Shown piece by piece: positions 25,148 to 36,413 of a DNA stretch of 64,000 nucleotides. Source of the stretch: Vitrella brassicaformis CCMP3155 (taxonomy: Eukaryota; Protista; Chromerida). Within the stretch, counting starts at the first letter, position 1; every line of letters starts with the position of its first letter. The stretch covers positions 124,001 to 188,000 of the forward strand of contig CDMY01000466.1 of the NCBI GenBank assembly GCA_001179505.1, given 5' to 3'. The notes under the pieces were generated by a model. The model made no database searches, had not been told where the DNA came from, and was given only the letters and a program-made list of their open reading frames with translations. Both the position numbers and the translations under genes were made by a program.

Positions 25148-28100
25148 GCACCACCCAGGCAGTCGATCCGCACACAGTCACACTGACCTCTGTCTGCACC
25201 ACATCCATCCATCCATCCATCCATCAGGGCCATCAGGGTGTGATCGATTTGATTGATGGGTGGATGTGAGTGAAAGTGAGTGAGCCACACACAGAGCGGG
25301 GCGGGACATCAAAAGCAAGGTTCGTTCGAGGGAGGAGGGAGGGAGGAAGCAAACAAACAAACCGGTGCACGGATGGATGGATGCATCATCTGACTCACTC
25401 ACTCAAGAAGGTCTGAAATCACAACCCACCCACCCACCCACCCAGCCGGACAGGCACCACAGCAGCCATACCCGCACATCCATCCATCCATATCTACACA
25501 CAGCTGACATGATCAACCCAAATGTGTAGGTAACACACACTACCCATGAATGAGTGCGGGACGGGACCTGAGTCTCCCTCCGTCAGTGAGTGACCACCAC
25601 ACCACAGCACAGCACCGACGACCGACGACCGACACCACCACAGATGCAGACAGACAGATGCAATGCAGCACACCACACCACCATGGACTGACTTGCTGCA
25701 CTTCCCTGTCTTCATCTGTCTGGGGGGCCTGGCTATATATATCCCTCCCTCCCTGCTCTCACACCCTGCAACAAACACTACAGCGGGTGAGTAGGGCCGG
25801 CAAAGTTTGCATCAATCACGGCATAGATGTGAAAGTGAGTGGAAAACATATTCCATCCGATGTAGACACCGATGTAAAATCCATCTGCGTCCCCTCCCCT
25901 TCCCTTCCCTTCCTCCCTCTTTCTCCCTGTCCCTCCATTGCATATCCATTGGCGATATAACACCCACTCGCACACTCATAATCGATTCATCATGGTCGCG
26001 TTGGTGGCGCCTCAAAAATACCCAAAGACCACGCAGGACCGTGGAGAAAACCGCCTTCTCCCTCCCCGCATCCCACACAGTCAGCTGACCTCACTCATGT
26101 CTCCATCCAATGACCTTGAGGGAATCGCTTCTTTTAGCTTCTTTCCGCAGCGAATACTGCTCTTTCTGGCGTGTCTTCGTCTCCTGCGCCACCTGACACC
26201 ATGAGCATCTCCTGGCGGTGATCTGGTGATGGGTCATTACTCCAGCCGCGTCACCCGTGAATGGGAGTCCAGCTGCACATACATTCACGCGACACACTGC
26301 CACTGCTTTTCTTTTGGTAGCCCAACATATACCCATCACGTGGATGTCTATGTTCGTATTGGGGCAGCAAAAGTGCATAAACCTCGTCCAGAGCTGGTGC
26401 ACAAGTCGCGAGGATCACTATCCTCCAATGCCGGCAACGGGACATCAGCGGGGAGGTGAAGGTCGCTCACTGTTACTTCAACGCGCTCAGGGCAGGCTGT
26501 CTTCTGCACTCCTCGCTTTCAGGGCTCCACTGGCTCATTTTCTGGGTAAGTAGATAATGCAGCAATTGGCCGGGAGGGGAAGCCTGCAGATGCAATGCAA
26601 CCAGAGAGAGAGAGAGAGAGAACAGAAGACACAGGTATGTATGTATGTATGCATTTGTGTAGACACGTGTCCTCACTGACTCACATATTTGGCAACTGTG
26701 TTTGGGGCTGTGCGCTGGCCGCCTATGCCCTCCACTCCGCGACCCGGGCATCAGCGTCCCCATCTGCACATGCTGCAAAGCCTCACTACACACACACACA
26801 CACACACACAAGAGAGAGAGAGAGAGAGAGACATTCGAATGTGACAAAATGACTTACTTGCACTCATACAATAAAATGACGCTACATGCAGTGTGGATTG
26901 GCTGCCTACGTCCATTCACTATCTACCTACGTCTTTCTTTCTCCCCGGAGGGCCTGGAGGAAGCTGCAAAACCGCTCGGACGAGACCTCTCAAACACTTT
27001 CTGCATGATGCACATACCGGAGAAACGCGCTTGTCAATTCAGCAGTGAGGAATGCATCGCGCCCGCCCACGCAAGGCTCCGTTCTCTTGCTATTCTGCCC
27101 ATCGCTCCATTCTCTCATGTGCGGTGCTCACCTTCGTCGGGACATTGTGACGGCCAAGCGGCTGCCGTATTGCACTCGAAATCGGACAGACGTCTTGTCT
27201 GTTGCTTACCTGCCGAGAAAGGAAAGACACGATGTCTCAGTGTGTCGCCTACCGCCAGGAATTCAGCAAACGGCAAAATTGCCGTCCTTGGCGATTTGGG
27301 TGGCCTCGGCAACTCGGAAATCACTCCATAAAATGTGAGACACACACCCCACATGTGAGCTGTGGCTGACCGGCGGATGAGTGCATTTGTCCATCTGACC
27401 TTGTCAAGTGGTTAGAGGTGGTTGTCGGGTGGCTGACGAGGTGTGGGATAATGCCGGCTGCTGGCGGCTTTGTCTGATGAGAGTCGACACACCAAATCGT
27501 TTGCAACTCACACACTCACCTGCCAAGCAGTATGTATTCTTGAGAGACACGCAGCGAGCTCTGAGACAAGATCAGCCGCACAGGGGACACACGTGTTTGT
27601 GGTCCATTCGGTGTGCCAGTGTCATGTTGTGATTGTTGTTGTACCATTGGCATACAGTCCATAGGCATAGCTCTTGGCAGGAGGTGTGGGAGTGGGGAAC
27701 GTGCTCTCCTCCATCAGTACGCTGGGCGGCGGCAGAGATGGTCAAATCCTTGATCTGCCTGAATGGCGCACAATCACAGTGGGCTGCAGCTCTCCTTTTG
27801 TGCGGGGACTCACTCACAGCGAGGCCGTGGAATGGATGGTGGGGAGTACGCGAGAACCCAGGCAGGGCTTCAGTGCTGAACACGACCAAACTTGGACACT
27901 TCAATTCTCACGTCAGATGTTTGGTGTGACGCCCTCGTTCACCTCATCACGTAAGCACGTCGACGAGAGAGCGTCAGAAGCGGTCGACACAGACTGCTGG
28001 ATATAAAATGTAGGCGGCGATTGATTGACTTGCAGCACTGAGGAACATAAAGACATGAATGTGACACACCGAGGAGACCGAACCAGACACTCCATCTTTT

Positions 28101-28149
28101 TATGGACGCTGTGGAATCAATCGGTCAAGGCATGTGGCCCCCATGTGAG

Positions 28150-29127
28150 CTTACGGGTTCTGTGTGGTAGCGTATGATGCGGTGTGCTGCGGCGACATCG
28201 ACACTCGGGCGGCTCGCGTCATCGGGTTCCACCACGACATCCGGCTCCTGACACGAAAACGAAGGGAGTATGTGTGTGTGTGTGCGTGTATCTGTGTGTG
28301 TACCCACTCCCTCCCTTCCCACTGACCCCAAAGATTCGCCTCTTGGTCTCCTCATAGTGCAGCTCTCGCTTCTCGAATGGCACTGGCTGACCTTGGGGCT
28401 CATCGCGGCGGCCTCGCCCGTCTGTCGGTGGGCTCGTCATGGTCTCGAACCTGGAGCCGCACTTGCAGCAACCCCTTCTCGGCGTCATCCACCCACTCTG
28501 GCATCGCCGGCTTGTCGAACGTCAGCGCCTCCTCTTCGGGGGGCTTCCAGGTCCCAACCACAGCCAGCCGTCCACTGATCCTCCTCTCGATGAGCTCCTG
28601 AGCGTCCTTGACGGCGGCAAGAGGGCCCTTGATCGTCACCTGAGTGCACAAGCACACACACGCACACACGCGCGCCCGCAGAGAGAGAGAGAGGTGTCTG
28701 TCTGTCTCGTCTGTGTGTCCTTCCTTGACTCTCGGTGTGGTGTGTTTGGAGCCTACGGTGCGATATGGTGCGGTGGACAGCGGCCCCTCACTGATGATGT
28801 GGACGCTGGTGGCCGACCTGCGCTCGATATCCCTGACCGTCCTGCCCTGCCTGCCGATGATCCGTCCCACCAAGCCAGCCGGCACCACACACTCCCGAAC
28901 CACAGTCTCGTTGTCAGTCACCTCCGCCGGCGACCTGAGTGCGGGTGGTGGGCTGTGCTGCTGCTGCTGCTGCTGCTGGTGGGGGTGGGGGTAGGGGTGG
29001 GGGTGTCTGGGGACTGCGGGGGTCTTGTGTGGGTGTGTGCCAGCGGGGGTGTGGGGGTCTCGTCGAGCAGTTCGTTGAGGCGGATCACGGTGCGGGTGGA
29101 TGAATTGCTCCTCTCACGATACATGGC
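28150..29127 (-). pseudogene. KH-SUZ-VDV module, unit 4 (frameshifted)
   Basis: KH: VVPAGLVGRIIGRQGRTVRDIERRSATSVHII|VTIKGPLAAVKDAQELI. SUZ-like FEKRELHYEETKRRIFG lies in a different frame (shift near 28405). Next exon is SVDVAAAHRIIRYHT. Confidence 0.75.
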
Positions 29128-29189
29128 CTGATGGACACACACACGCAAAGACGCACACCAATGGCCTGGCCCCTGTTTGGTTGTGATGT

Positions 29190-30070
29190 CTCTGTGTGCA
29201 CCGTTTGGACACTGTTTGCATCGGTATGTGATGGCGAATGGAGCGCTCGGCGGCCTCGACATCGACGCTTAGGCATCTCTGCAAGCAACACATACAAACA
29301 GAGAAAACAGACAGAGGCAGTGCATGTGTGTGTGTCCACTCCCTCACTCCCTGCCCACTGACCCCGAAGATCTTCCGCCTGGTTTCGTCGTAGTGCTCCA
29401 ACCGTTCCTCGATAGGCTTGTCGGTACGGACGGGCTCCTCTCCATCCCTCCGCCGGCCGGCCTGGGCGGCGTCCGGGGGCCGCTTCATGATGGCCACATC
29501 GCCCGCCGTCGCATTGCGCCGTCGCGCGGTGGATCCATTCAGGTTGCGGCGGGCGGGCGAACTCTACCGGCTCGTCTTCAAGAAAGGCTGCTGGGCGGTA
29601 GGTGGCGACCTCCAGGATGGGCGACTTGATCTTGGCCTCGATCAGCTGCCTGGCAACCGTCATCTGAGTGGCGCACACCCACACACAGCGCAGACAGAGA
29701 GACAGACAGAGAGACAGCGGTTTGTCTGTCTGTCAGTCATGTGTGTAGAGCGTATGTACCATGCGGTGTGGTGCGTTGGGCGGCACGTTATTGAGCACCT
29801 GGATCTTGGTGCCCGAAATCTGCTGCGTCTCCCTCACCGCTTGGCCCCCGCAGCCGATTATCCGCCCCACCACTGCAGCCGGCACCACAAAGTCGGTAAC
29901 CACGACACAGTCGACCTCCTCATTGAACTCCTCGTGCCGCGGCTGCTGGTGGAAGTGGTGCTGGTGGTCAAGCGGAATGGGCGCCCGGCCCTGCCCTGGT
30001 GTGGGAGCTGGAGTGGTGGGGGCGGCTGCACGTTGTGAGGGAGGTGTGCTGGGCTGCGGTCTTGATTGAG
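29190..30070 (-). pseudogene. KH-SUZ-VDV module, unit 3 (frameshifted)
   Basis: KH: FVVPAAVVGRIIGCGGQAVRETQQISGTKIQV. SUZ KPIEERLEHYDETRRKIFG is out of frame because of a 13-nt duplication at 29504-29525. VDVEAAERSIRHH exon follows. Confidence 0.75.
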
Positions 30071-30399
30071 TCCTGCACACTCAGGGCGTGAACGAGACAC
30101 GAAACAAAGCACTGAGGCGCCCATATGTGCGCCACTCTATTACCTCCTCTCAACAAGTCTACACGTGGGAGAGCGTCAAGGTGTCGAGCAAATACGTCCA
30201 CGGATATAAAATGTAGGCACCGATTGCAACCTACGGACACGATAGGATGCCCAGAAGACACAAACATTGGATACACACGACAGTGTTGTGCAGGAGTGTC
30301 GACTTACTGCAGCCCAAGTTTGGTCGATGAATCTAGTCACCCACCGATTCTGGTGTACATGGAGCCTACCGTGCGGCGGTTGCATGTGGTGGTGGATCA

Positions 30400-30574
30400 T
30401 CGAATCGTCAGCTGAGTGCACAAGCACACACACACACGCGCGCGCGCAGAGAGAGAGAGAGAGAGAGGTGTCCGTCTCCTCTGTGTGTCAGTGTGTCCTT
30501 CACTCCTGGGGTGGTGTTTGGAGCCTACGGTGCGATATGGTGCGGTGGAGAGCGGCCCCTCATTGATGATGTGC
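30400..30574 (-). pseudogene. KH module fragment, unit 2, truncated by gap
   Basis: HIINEGPLSTAPYRT|LTIR* matches the end of the KH exon of units 1 and 4. The 5' part is lost in the N gap. Confidence 0.6.
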
Positions 30575-30874
30575 NNNNNNNNNNNNNNNNNNNNNNNNNN
30601 NNNNNNNNNNNNNNNNNNNNNNNNNNNNNNNNNNNNNNNNNNNNNNNNNNNNNNNNNNNNNNNNNNNNNNNNNNNNNNNNNNNNNNNNNNNNNNNNNNNN
30701 NNNNNNNNNNNNNNNNNNNNNNNNNNNNNNNNNNNNNNNNNNNNNNNNNNNNNNNNNNNNNNNNNNNNNNNNNNNNNNNNNNNNNNNNNNNNNNNNNNNN
30801 NNNNNNNNNNNNNNNNNNNNNNNNNNNNNNNNNNNNNNNNNNNNNNNNNNNNNNNNNNNNNNNNNNNNNNNNNN
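30575..30874. other. Assembly gap (300 N)
   Basis: Run of N. Confidence 1.
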
Positions 30875-32015
30875 GGAATCAATCGGTCAAGGCATGTGGC
30901 CGCCCATGTGAGCTTCGGGTTCTGTGTGTAGCGGCGGATCATGCGGTTGGCGGCGTCGACATCGACGCGGATGCGGTCGTCCTCCACATCGGGCTCCTCA
31001 TCCTTCTGCATGGATACATAGATACATACCAGACACGGAAACAGAGGCAGTGCATGTGTGTGCGTGTGTGTACCCACTCCATCACTCCCTGCCCCACTGA
31101 CCCCGAAGATCTTCTTCCTGGCCTCCTCGTACCGCCTGTCTTTCTCAAGGAGTGGCGCCGGCTGGCTGTCGGGATCCTCGCTGTCAGGGGCTCGCTGGTG
31201 GATGGGCATGTCGGGCTCTCGATCCTGGATCCTCACCTGCACTTCGCCTTTCTCGGCTTCCTCCACCCAGTCGGGCATCGGCGGCTTCTCGAACTGCACC
31301 GGCTCCTTGTCCGCATCTGGCGGCTTCCACGTCCCAACCACAACAGCCGGAGCCTTGATCCTCGCCTCGATGAGCCTGTGGGCGTGCTTGACGCCAGCGA
31401 GCGAGCCCCTGATGGTGAGCTGAGTGCACAAGCACACATATACACGCAGAGAGAGGGAGAGAGAGGTGTCTGTCGGTCTGTCTGTCTGTCTGTCTATCTG
31501 TCTGGTCTGTGTCGTCTGTGTGTCCTTCCTTGACTCTCGGGGTGGTGTGTTTGGAGCCTACCATGCGGTGCGGTCCGGTCGATGGCGGCACCTCTTTGAT
31601 TATGTTGACCTTGGTCGTCGACTGGTTCTCGATCTCCTTAATCGTCCCGCCGCCTTTGCCGATGATGCGCCCCACCAAGCCAGCGGGAACCCGACACTCA
31701 GTCCACACCTCAACTAACTCCCTCCCACTAGCTCTCACGCCGCCACCAACATCAACACCAGCACCAGCACCCACCCCCACACCCACCCCGCCGCCCTCCA
31801 CCTCCGCCGCCCTCTCCAACGTGCTAATGCCACTGCCCCCAGCTGCCAAGGGGGCGAGGATCCTCACTTGGCCGCTGTCTGCAGCTTGCATTCACCATCA
31901 TCATCTGGCACGTGCGACGGGTGAACGTGCCTTGAGTGAGCTCACCCGTTGTGTATTCTGGCGAATGATTCGCTTTGCGGTGGCGCCGTCGACCCGCGGC
32001 GACTCGCATCCTGCC
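30875..32015 (-). CDS. KH-SUZ-VDV module, unit 1 (reading frame appears intact), part of a larger multi-exon gene
   Basis: CRVPAGLVGRIIGKGGGTIKEIENQSTTKVNII|LTIRGSLAGVKHAHRLIEARI is a type I KH domain with a GKGG loop. It continues in frame to LLEKDRRYEEARKKIFG (SUZ-like) and then VDVDAANRMIRRYT. The preceding exon encodes PRVDGATAKRIIRQNT. Confidence 0.75.
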
Positions 32016-32122
32016 CCTGTGACACATACATATCAGACACGAAAACGAAGGGACTGCAGTACCACACGAGGACTCCAACCCCTTCCAAGGCAAATCTGGT
32101 AGGTGCGCAGGGACTGCCCGGT

Positions 32123-32790
32123 GTCGCTGCAGCTTGCAGCCAGTAGATGGCCGCCGAAGCGGCCAAGAGTGCGTTAAAAAACAGATAAAACAGAGGAGAC
32201 ATGAGCAAATCTACATGCTATTTTCTTCTTTCTGTCTTGCTTACGTACCTGAGCGGCTTGCCGCCAGATTCCTCTCGTCAGCTGGGTGACAGGTCAGACA
32301 AACATCTGAAGGATGGCGCAGATGATGGACTGATTGAAAAGTATCGGTGATCATTCTTAACGTGCACGTGACGGGGGTACCCGGCTCTCTCTGGTTGCGA
32401 GGGTGTGGTTGTTTCGTTGGACCAAAGCATTGCCTTTCTGAAAAGCAGAAACGAGAACACTGTCGCCAACAGCTCCACAGACGGCAGGGCAGTACCAGTT
32501 GAGACCTCGCCGAGGAAGAAAGTGGCGGGTGACGTTCGGTTCGGACGAGCTGGGAAGGGTCCTGTACAGGACAATAGAAGGAAACAGAAGGCGAGCAGGT
32601 CAGACAATGGCTGCCTGCAGCAAGTGCTGTCAGATTACCTGGAGTCCGCTTACCTTAATGATGACTTTGCGCGGGCTCATTGACGTCGTGCAGAAGAGGT
32701 TTTGAAAGGTCCGACGGATATAAAATGTAGGCACCGATTTGCAGGCGCACACAGAGGGGACGAGAGACATGACTGTGCACAGTGGCAAGA
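32123..32790 (-). repeat. Copy 1 of a ~670-bp direct duplication carrying a degenerate F-box-like exon
   Basis: Colinear with 36414-37070. Encodes ALPSVELLATVFSFLLFRKAMLW on the minus strand. The splice acceptor CTGCAG of copy 2 reads CTGCAA here. Confidence 0.85.
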
Positions 32791-32859
32791 CAGCGGACGG
32801 TTGGCATGAAGTGAAGAGTCGGCCAGACATGACATCTATAAAGAACCTTATATATGTGT

Positions 32860-33340
32860 GCGCTTACGCTGTCGGTGTGTTGTGGCGAATGATGCGCCCG
32901 GCGGCGTCGACATCGACCCTCGGGCGGCCCTGCAAGACGGGAAACACACGGGGTGCATGTACGTAATGTCCGTAATAGACAAATATCACTGACCCCATGG
33001 ACCGGCGCCCCTCTCTTGCTCTTCGACACCACCGCCTGCTTGGCCTTGGGCGGTGGTGGCCTCTTGGTGGGCGGCGAGGAGTGCCTCTTGGCCTGTGGCT
33101 GCTTCTTGGCTGGCGGTGGCGGTGGAGGCGGCGACACTGATGAGGGTAAAGAGGGTGCCATGAACTCGAGCAGCACCAAGGGCGACGGGCTCGTCTGCAT
33201 CAGCATGGCGTTGAGGTCGGGCCGCACCTCGTTACACATGTCCAGCAGCTTCTCCAGGCAGCCGGGGTCCCGTGCCCAGATGGCCTTCAGGACCATGAAG
33301 AAGCGCCTGGGCAGCTGCATGGTCACTCGCCGCCGCACAG
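32860..33340 (-). pseudogene. Related module fragment (Pro/Lys-rich exon plus VDV exon)
   Basis: The exon ends at a GGG|GTCAGT donor like the SUZ exons. The next exon is GRPRVDVDAAGRIIRHNTPT. Confidence 0.5.
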
Positions 33341-34869
33341 CCTTGGGTTGAGAAAGGCACAGCGGTCCCAGGTCTGGAGCTCCTGCGGGTGCGTGCTGAT
33401 AACGTGCACGTATTGGCCTGAGACCATATCACGTATTGGCCTCACAAGTAACACGAAAAAACTCGAATGTGAGCAACCTTCCAATCTTCAATTGATGCAT
33501 ACCCGAGCCATTCCTGAAGTTCTCGAGCTGAAACTGCGCGGCGGCCTCCGCCAACTTATCAAAGAGGTCCTGCCGCACACACACATCACCATCAAGGAAG
33601 GGAATGCACCCATACTCGTTTTCATCCGTGCGTGCAAGGAGGAATGCATCTGTCTGTCTGATGTCGAGGAATGCATCCGCCTCCCGTCGCCACAACGGTC
33701 CCTTGTGTGGCTATTCTGCCTCCCTCGCTGCCTCACTGCCCTTACCTCATCCATCGTGTTGTGTCGCGTCGTGACAAATTGCAATAATCCTGGCCCAACT
33801 GCAATAAGACATGGTCCACTCGTCGATGTACACATTGAGCTGTCTCGGTCTGATACACACACAAGACAGAGACCGGCCAAGCTGCAGGGAGACATGTGCT
33901 CCTCTGTCTTACTTCAGCGGGCGGTGCATACGAATTGGACTGACGTGGGAATCCGTATGAGAGTCTCACAGATATAAAACGTAGGCAGCGATCTGTCTGC
34001 AGACACAGAACAGGAGAGACACAGCAGATTGTCGATGAGCCTCGCCGTGATCTTGATAGGCCGTCAACTAGTTGCTCGCACACTCTGAAGTAACCGAAAC
34101 AACAGACAGAGAGACAGACACATCGATCGCCTCCACAGCAGATGTTTCTATGCATCGTGTTGCTCTCACTCCTCACCTCACCAGCGAAAGCAGATCAGTC
34201 GGTGATCGCGACCGCCCCGTCTCCCTCGCTGCCACTGACCGTTCCCCCCTGCCCTCCTGCTGCTGCTGCTGCTGCTGCTGTTGGCGGCGTTGGTCACGGT
34301 GTGCGGGGAGGGCAGAGGGAAGGCCACGGGCCGCCCAACGGGCCCCGCCCCCTCGTTGCGGCGCCACCATGGCCGGCGGCACGTCGCCCATGCGCTGGCC
34401 GCGCAGAATCACCCCGGTCACCGCAGGATCCATGGCCACGCCCAGGGCTGCGGCTTCAGACACTGACATACATAAAGACAATAAATATGTAACATCATAC
34501 ATACACGATGAATGAATTCAATCGTCGGGGCCCGGTGCAGACTGAATGAACGAATGAACGAATGAATGAATAAACGAATGAATGAGTCCCCCCTCCCTCC
34601 ATGCGCACCTACCAGATTTGCCTTCGAAGGGGTTCAAGTCCTCGTGTGATACTGGGCACGCTGCAACACGTGGCTCGACTGCATGGACAAGACGAGACGA
34701 TACGATACGAGACGAGACGAGACGACCCAACGAACGAGAGGAAAGGAAGAACGAAGGAAGAGAAAGTCTTAATTACAAGTTGTGAATGAATGCATTCATG
34801 ATCCACGGATTGGATTCGTGCGTCCCTTGGCTGTCTGTCTGTCTGTCTCCTCCCTATTCTCCCCCTCCC

Positions 34870-36400
34870 ACCCCGCCTACTTACCTTTCCTCCAAACGCG
34901 ATGGCCACCACCGCCGCCCCGCACAGCCGCCACCGTCCCTGAATGACCGGTGCTGCGCCACGTGGCGTCGTTGCATGCCGGTCTTGCCGAGCCCATGATG
35001 CGCTCCCTGGCCGCCGCATACTCCATCTCCTTCTCGTCCAGCGTGGTCGGCTCGCCACTCCGGCCCCCGGTATCAACACCACACTGCACGCACACACACA
35101 CACACACACACAGAAAACACGCACACAGAGAGAGACAGACATGTGAGAAACAGATAGATGTATGTAAAGGTGCCAAATGAATGACTAACCTCCTTTGACG
35201 AATCCTCGAGAATGCGGCGGCAGGCGTCACGGTCGAATCGACCACTGCAGGGGCGGTAAGGGCAGGTGAAGGTCGAGCTCCTGGGGTCCCCTCAGCGAGA
35301 GAGACACAGTCACCCCACCTCCCACACAGCACGATCCCGCAACACGAGGCCCTGAACGTCCGCGGCTACGGCTGGGCACACTCTGGGCGCCTGGCGCTCC
35401 GCGTGGAGGTTTGTGGCGGCAGTGGGGGTTGGGGCATTTGGTGTGTGTGTGGCGGCTGTCGACGGGGGCGACGGCCTCGAGTGCGGCCTTTTTGATGAGC
35501 GTTGGGGGCTGCTGGGCGACGTCTTCGCGCACCGTCAGCGCGGCCAGCCGGTTGATGTCCTCTCCTCGAGCGATGAGCGCCGTGAGCCTGTCCATCAAGA
35601 GCCGCACTCTGAGCTGCCCCACCGACATGACGTCGGGCGGCAGCTGCAGGAGGCGAAGCACGGTTGTCCAGTCTTTGTCAGGCACGCCTGCATACATAAT
35701 CAATCATGCATGCAACACAAATCAATCAATAGAGAAAAAGGCCCGCCTTTGCCCCACCCACCGAACCGACCGACCTGTCATGCCCTTGAACGTGGGTTGC
35801 GCCTTCCGTATGAGGACGATGTGTGCCGAGATAAGCGCCGTGCTTGCGTTGCGCTCCATGCTAGTACGGAGGGTCTCCTCTCACTCGTCACAGAAATCCT
35901 GATGGATGGATGGACACAACCAAAGGAATGGATAGACACCCATATATGGGTGTGGGTGTGGGTGTGGGTGTGGGTGGGTGAAATGTGTGATGTGTTGGTG
36001 GATGGATGGTTACCTACCTGTAGTTTGTGCAGGTTGGGGCGGAAGTCCAGCCACGTCTGGGAGGCAATCTCCTCAAGACCACTCACAAAACTCTCAAACA
36101 GCGCTTGGCTTTGTACTACCTGAACGAATAATTGCGGCACACGAGGCAAGAGAGAGACATGAGAACACAATGTTATATTGCCCATTCCTCCCCATCCCTA
36201 TCACTCACTCGGCTTCTCGGTCACGTTTGGGGAGGTCGGCCAAGTACTTAGCGTGCTGCTGATCCTGCATAAGGACACACACGAAAGGGACGACACGGAC
36301 ATCACACGAATGAGATGAGTGGGCGCTTCGTTCGTTGATTAACACATACCAGCTGCTGTGAGGTGCAGTATCTGTAGAATTCCTTGCCGGCCTCGCTCGG
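34870..36400 (-). pseudogene. Multi-exon SUZ- and Cys-motif-containing gene with an in-frame TGA
   Basis: Exons EAGKEFYRYCTSQQL, VVQSQALFESFVSGLEEIASQTW, DFCDE*EETL (TGA 35881-35883), DWTTVLRLLQLPPD..KCPNPHC, TCPYRPCSGRFDRDACRRILE and PTTLDEKEMEYAAARERIMG (SUZ). Confidence 0.55.
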
Positions 36401-36413
36401 GCGTTGCACTTGG

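Larger units (their letters stand above)
32057..34654. repeat. 53-bp inverted repeat pair (32057-32109 / 34602-34654)
   Basis: 49/53 identical in inverted orientation, enclosing about 2.5 kb. Confidence 0.85.

Noticed and set aside
24630-27900. Several 60-200 aa ORFs between TOM22 and the KH array
   Set aside because: No recognisable domains, and they run through microsatellites and degenerate repeat fragments. Not supportable as genes.
33348-33977. Plus-strand ORFs over the repeated domain (MHTRAIPEVLELKLRGG..)
   Set aside because: Antisense shadows. Canonical splice sites and amino-acid conservation are on the minus strand.
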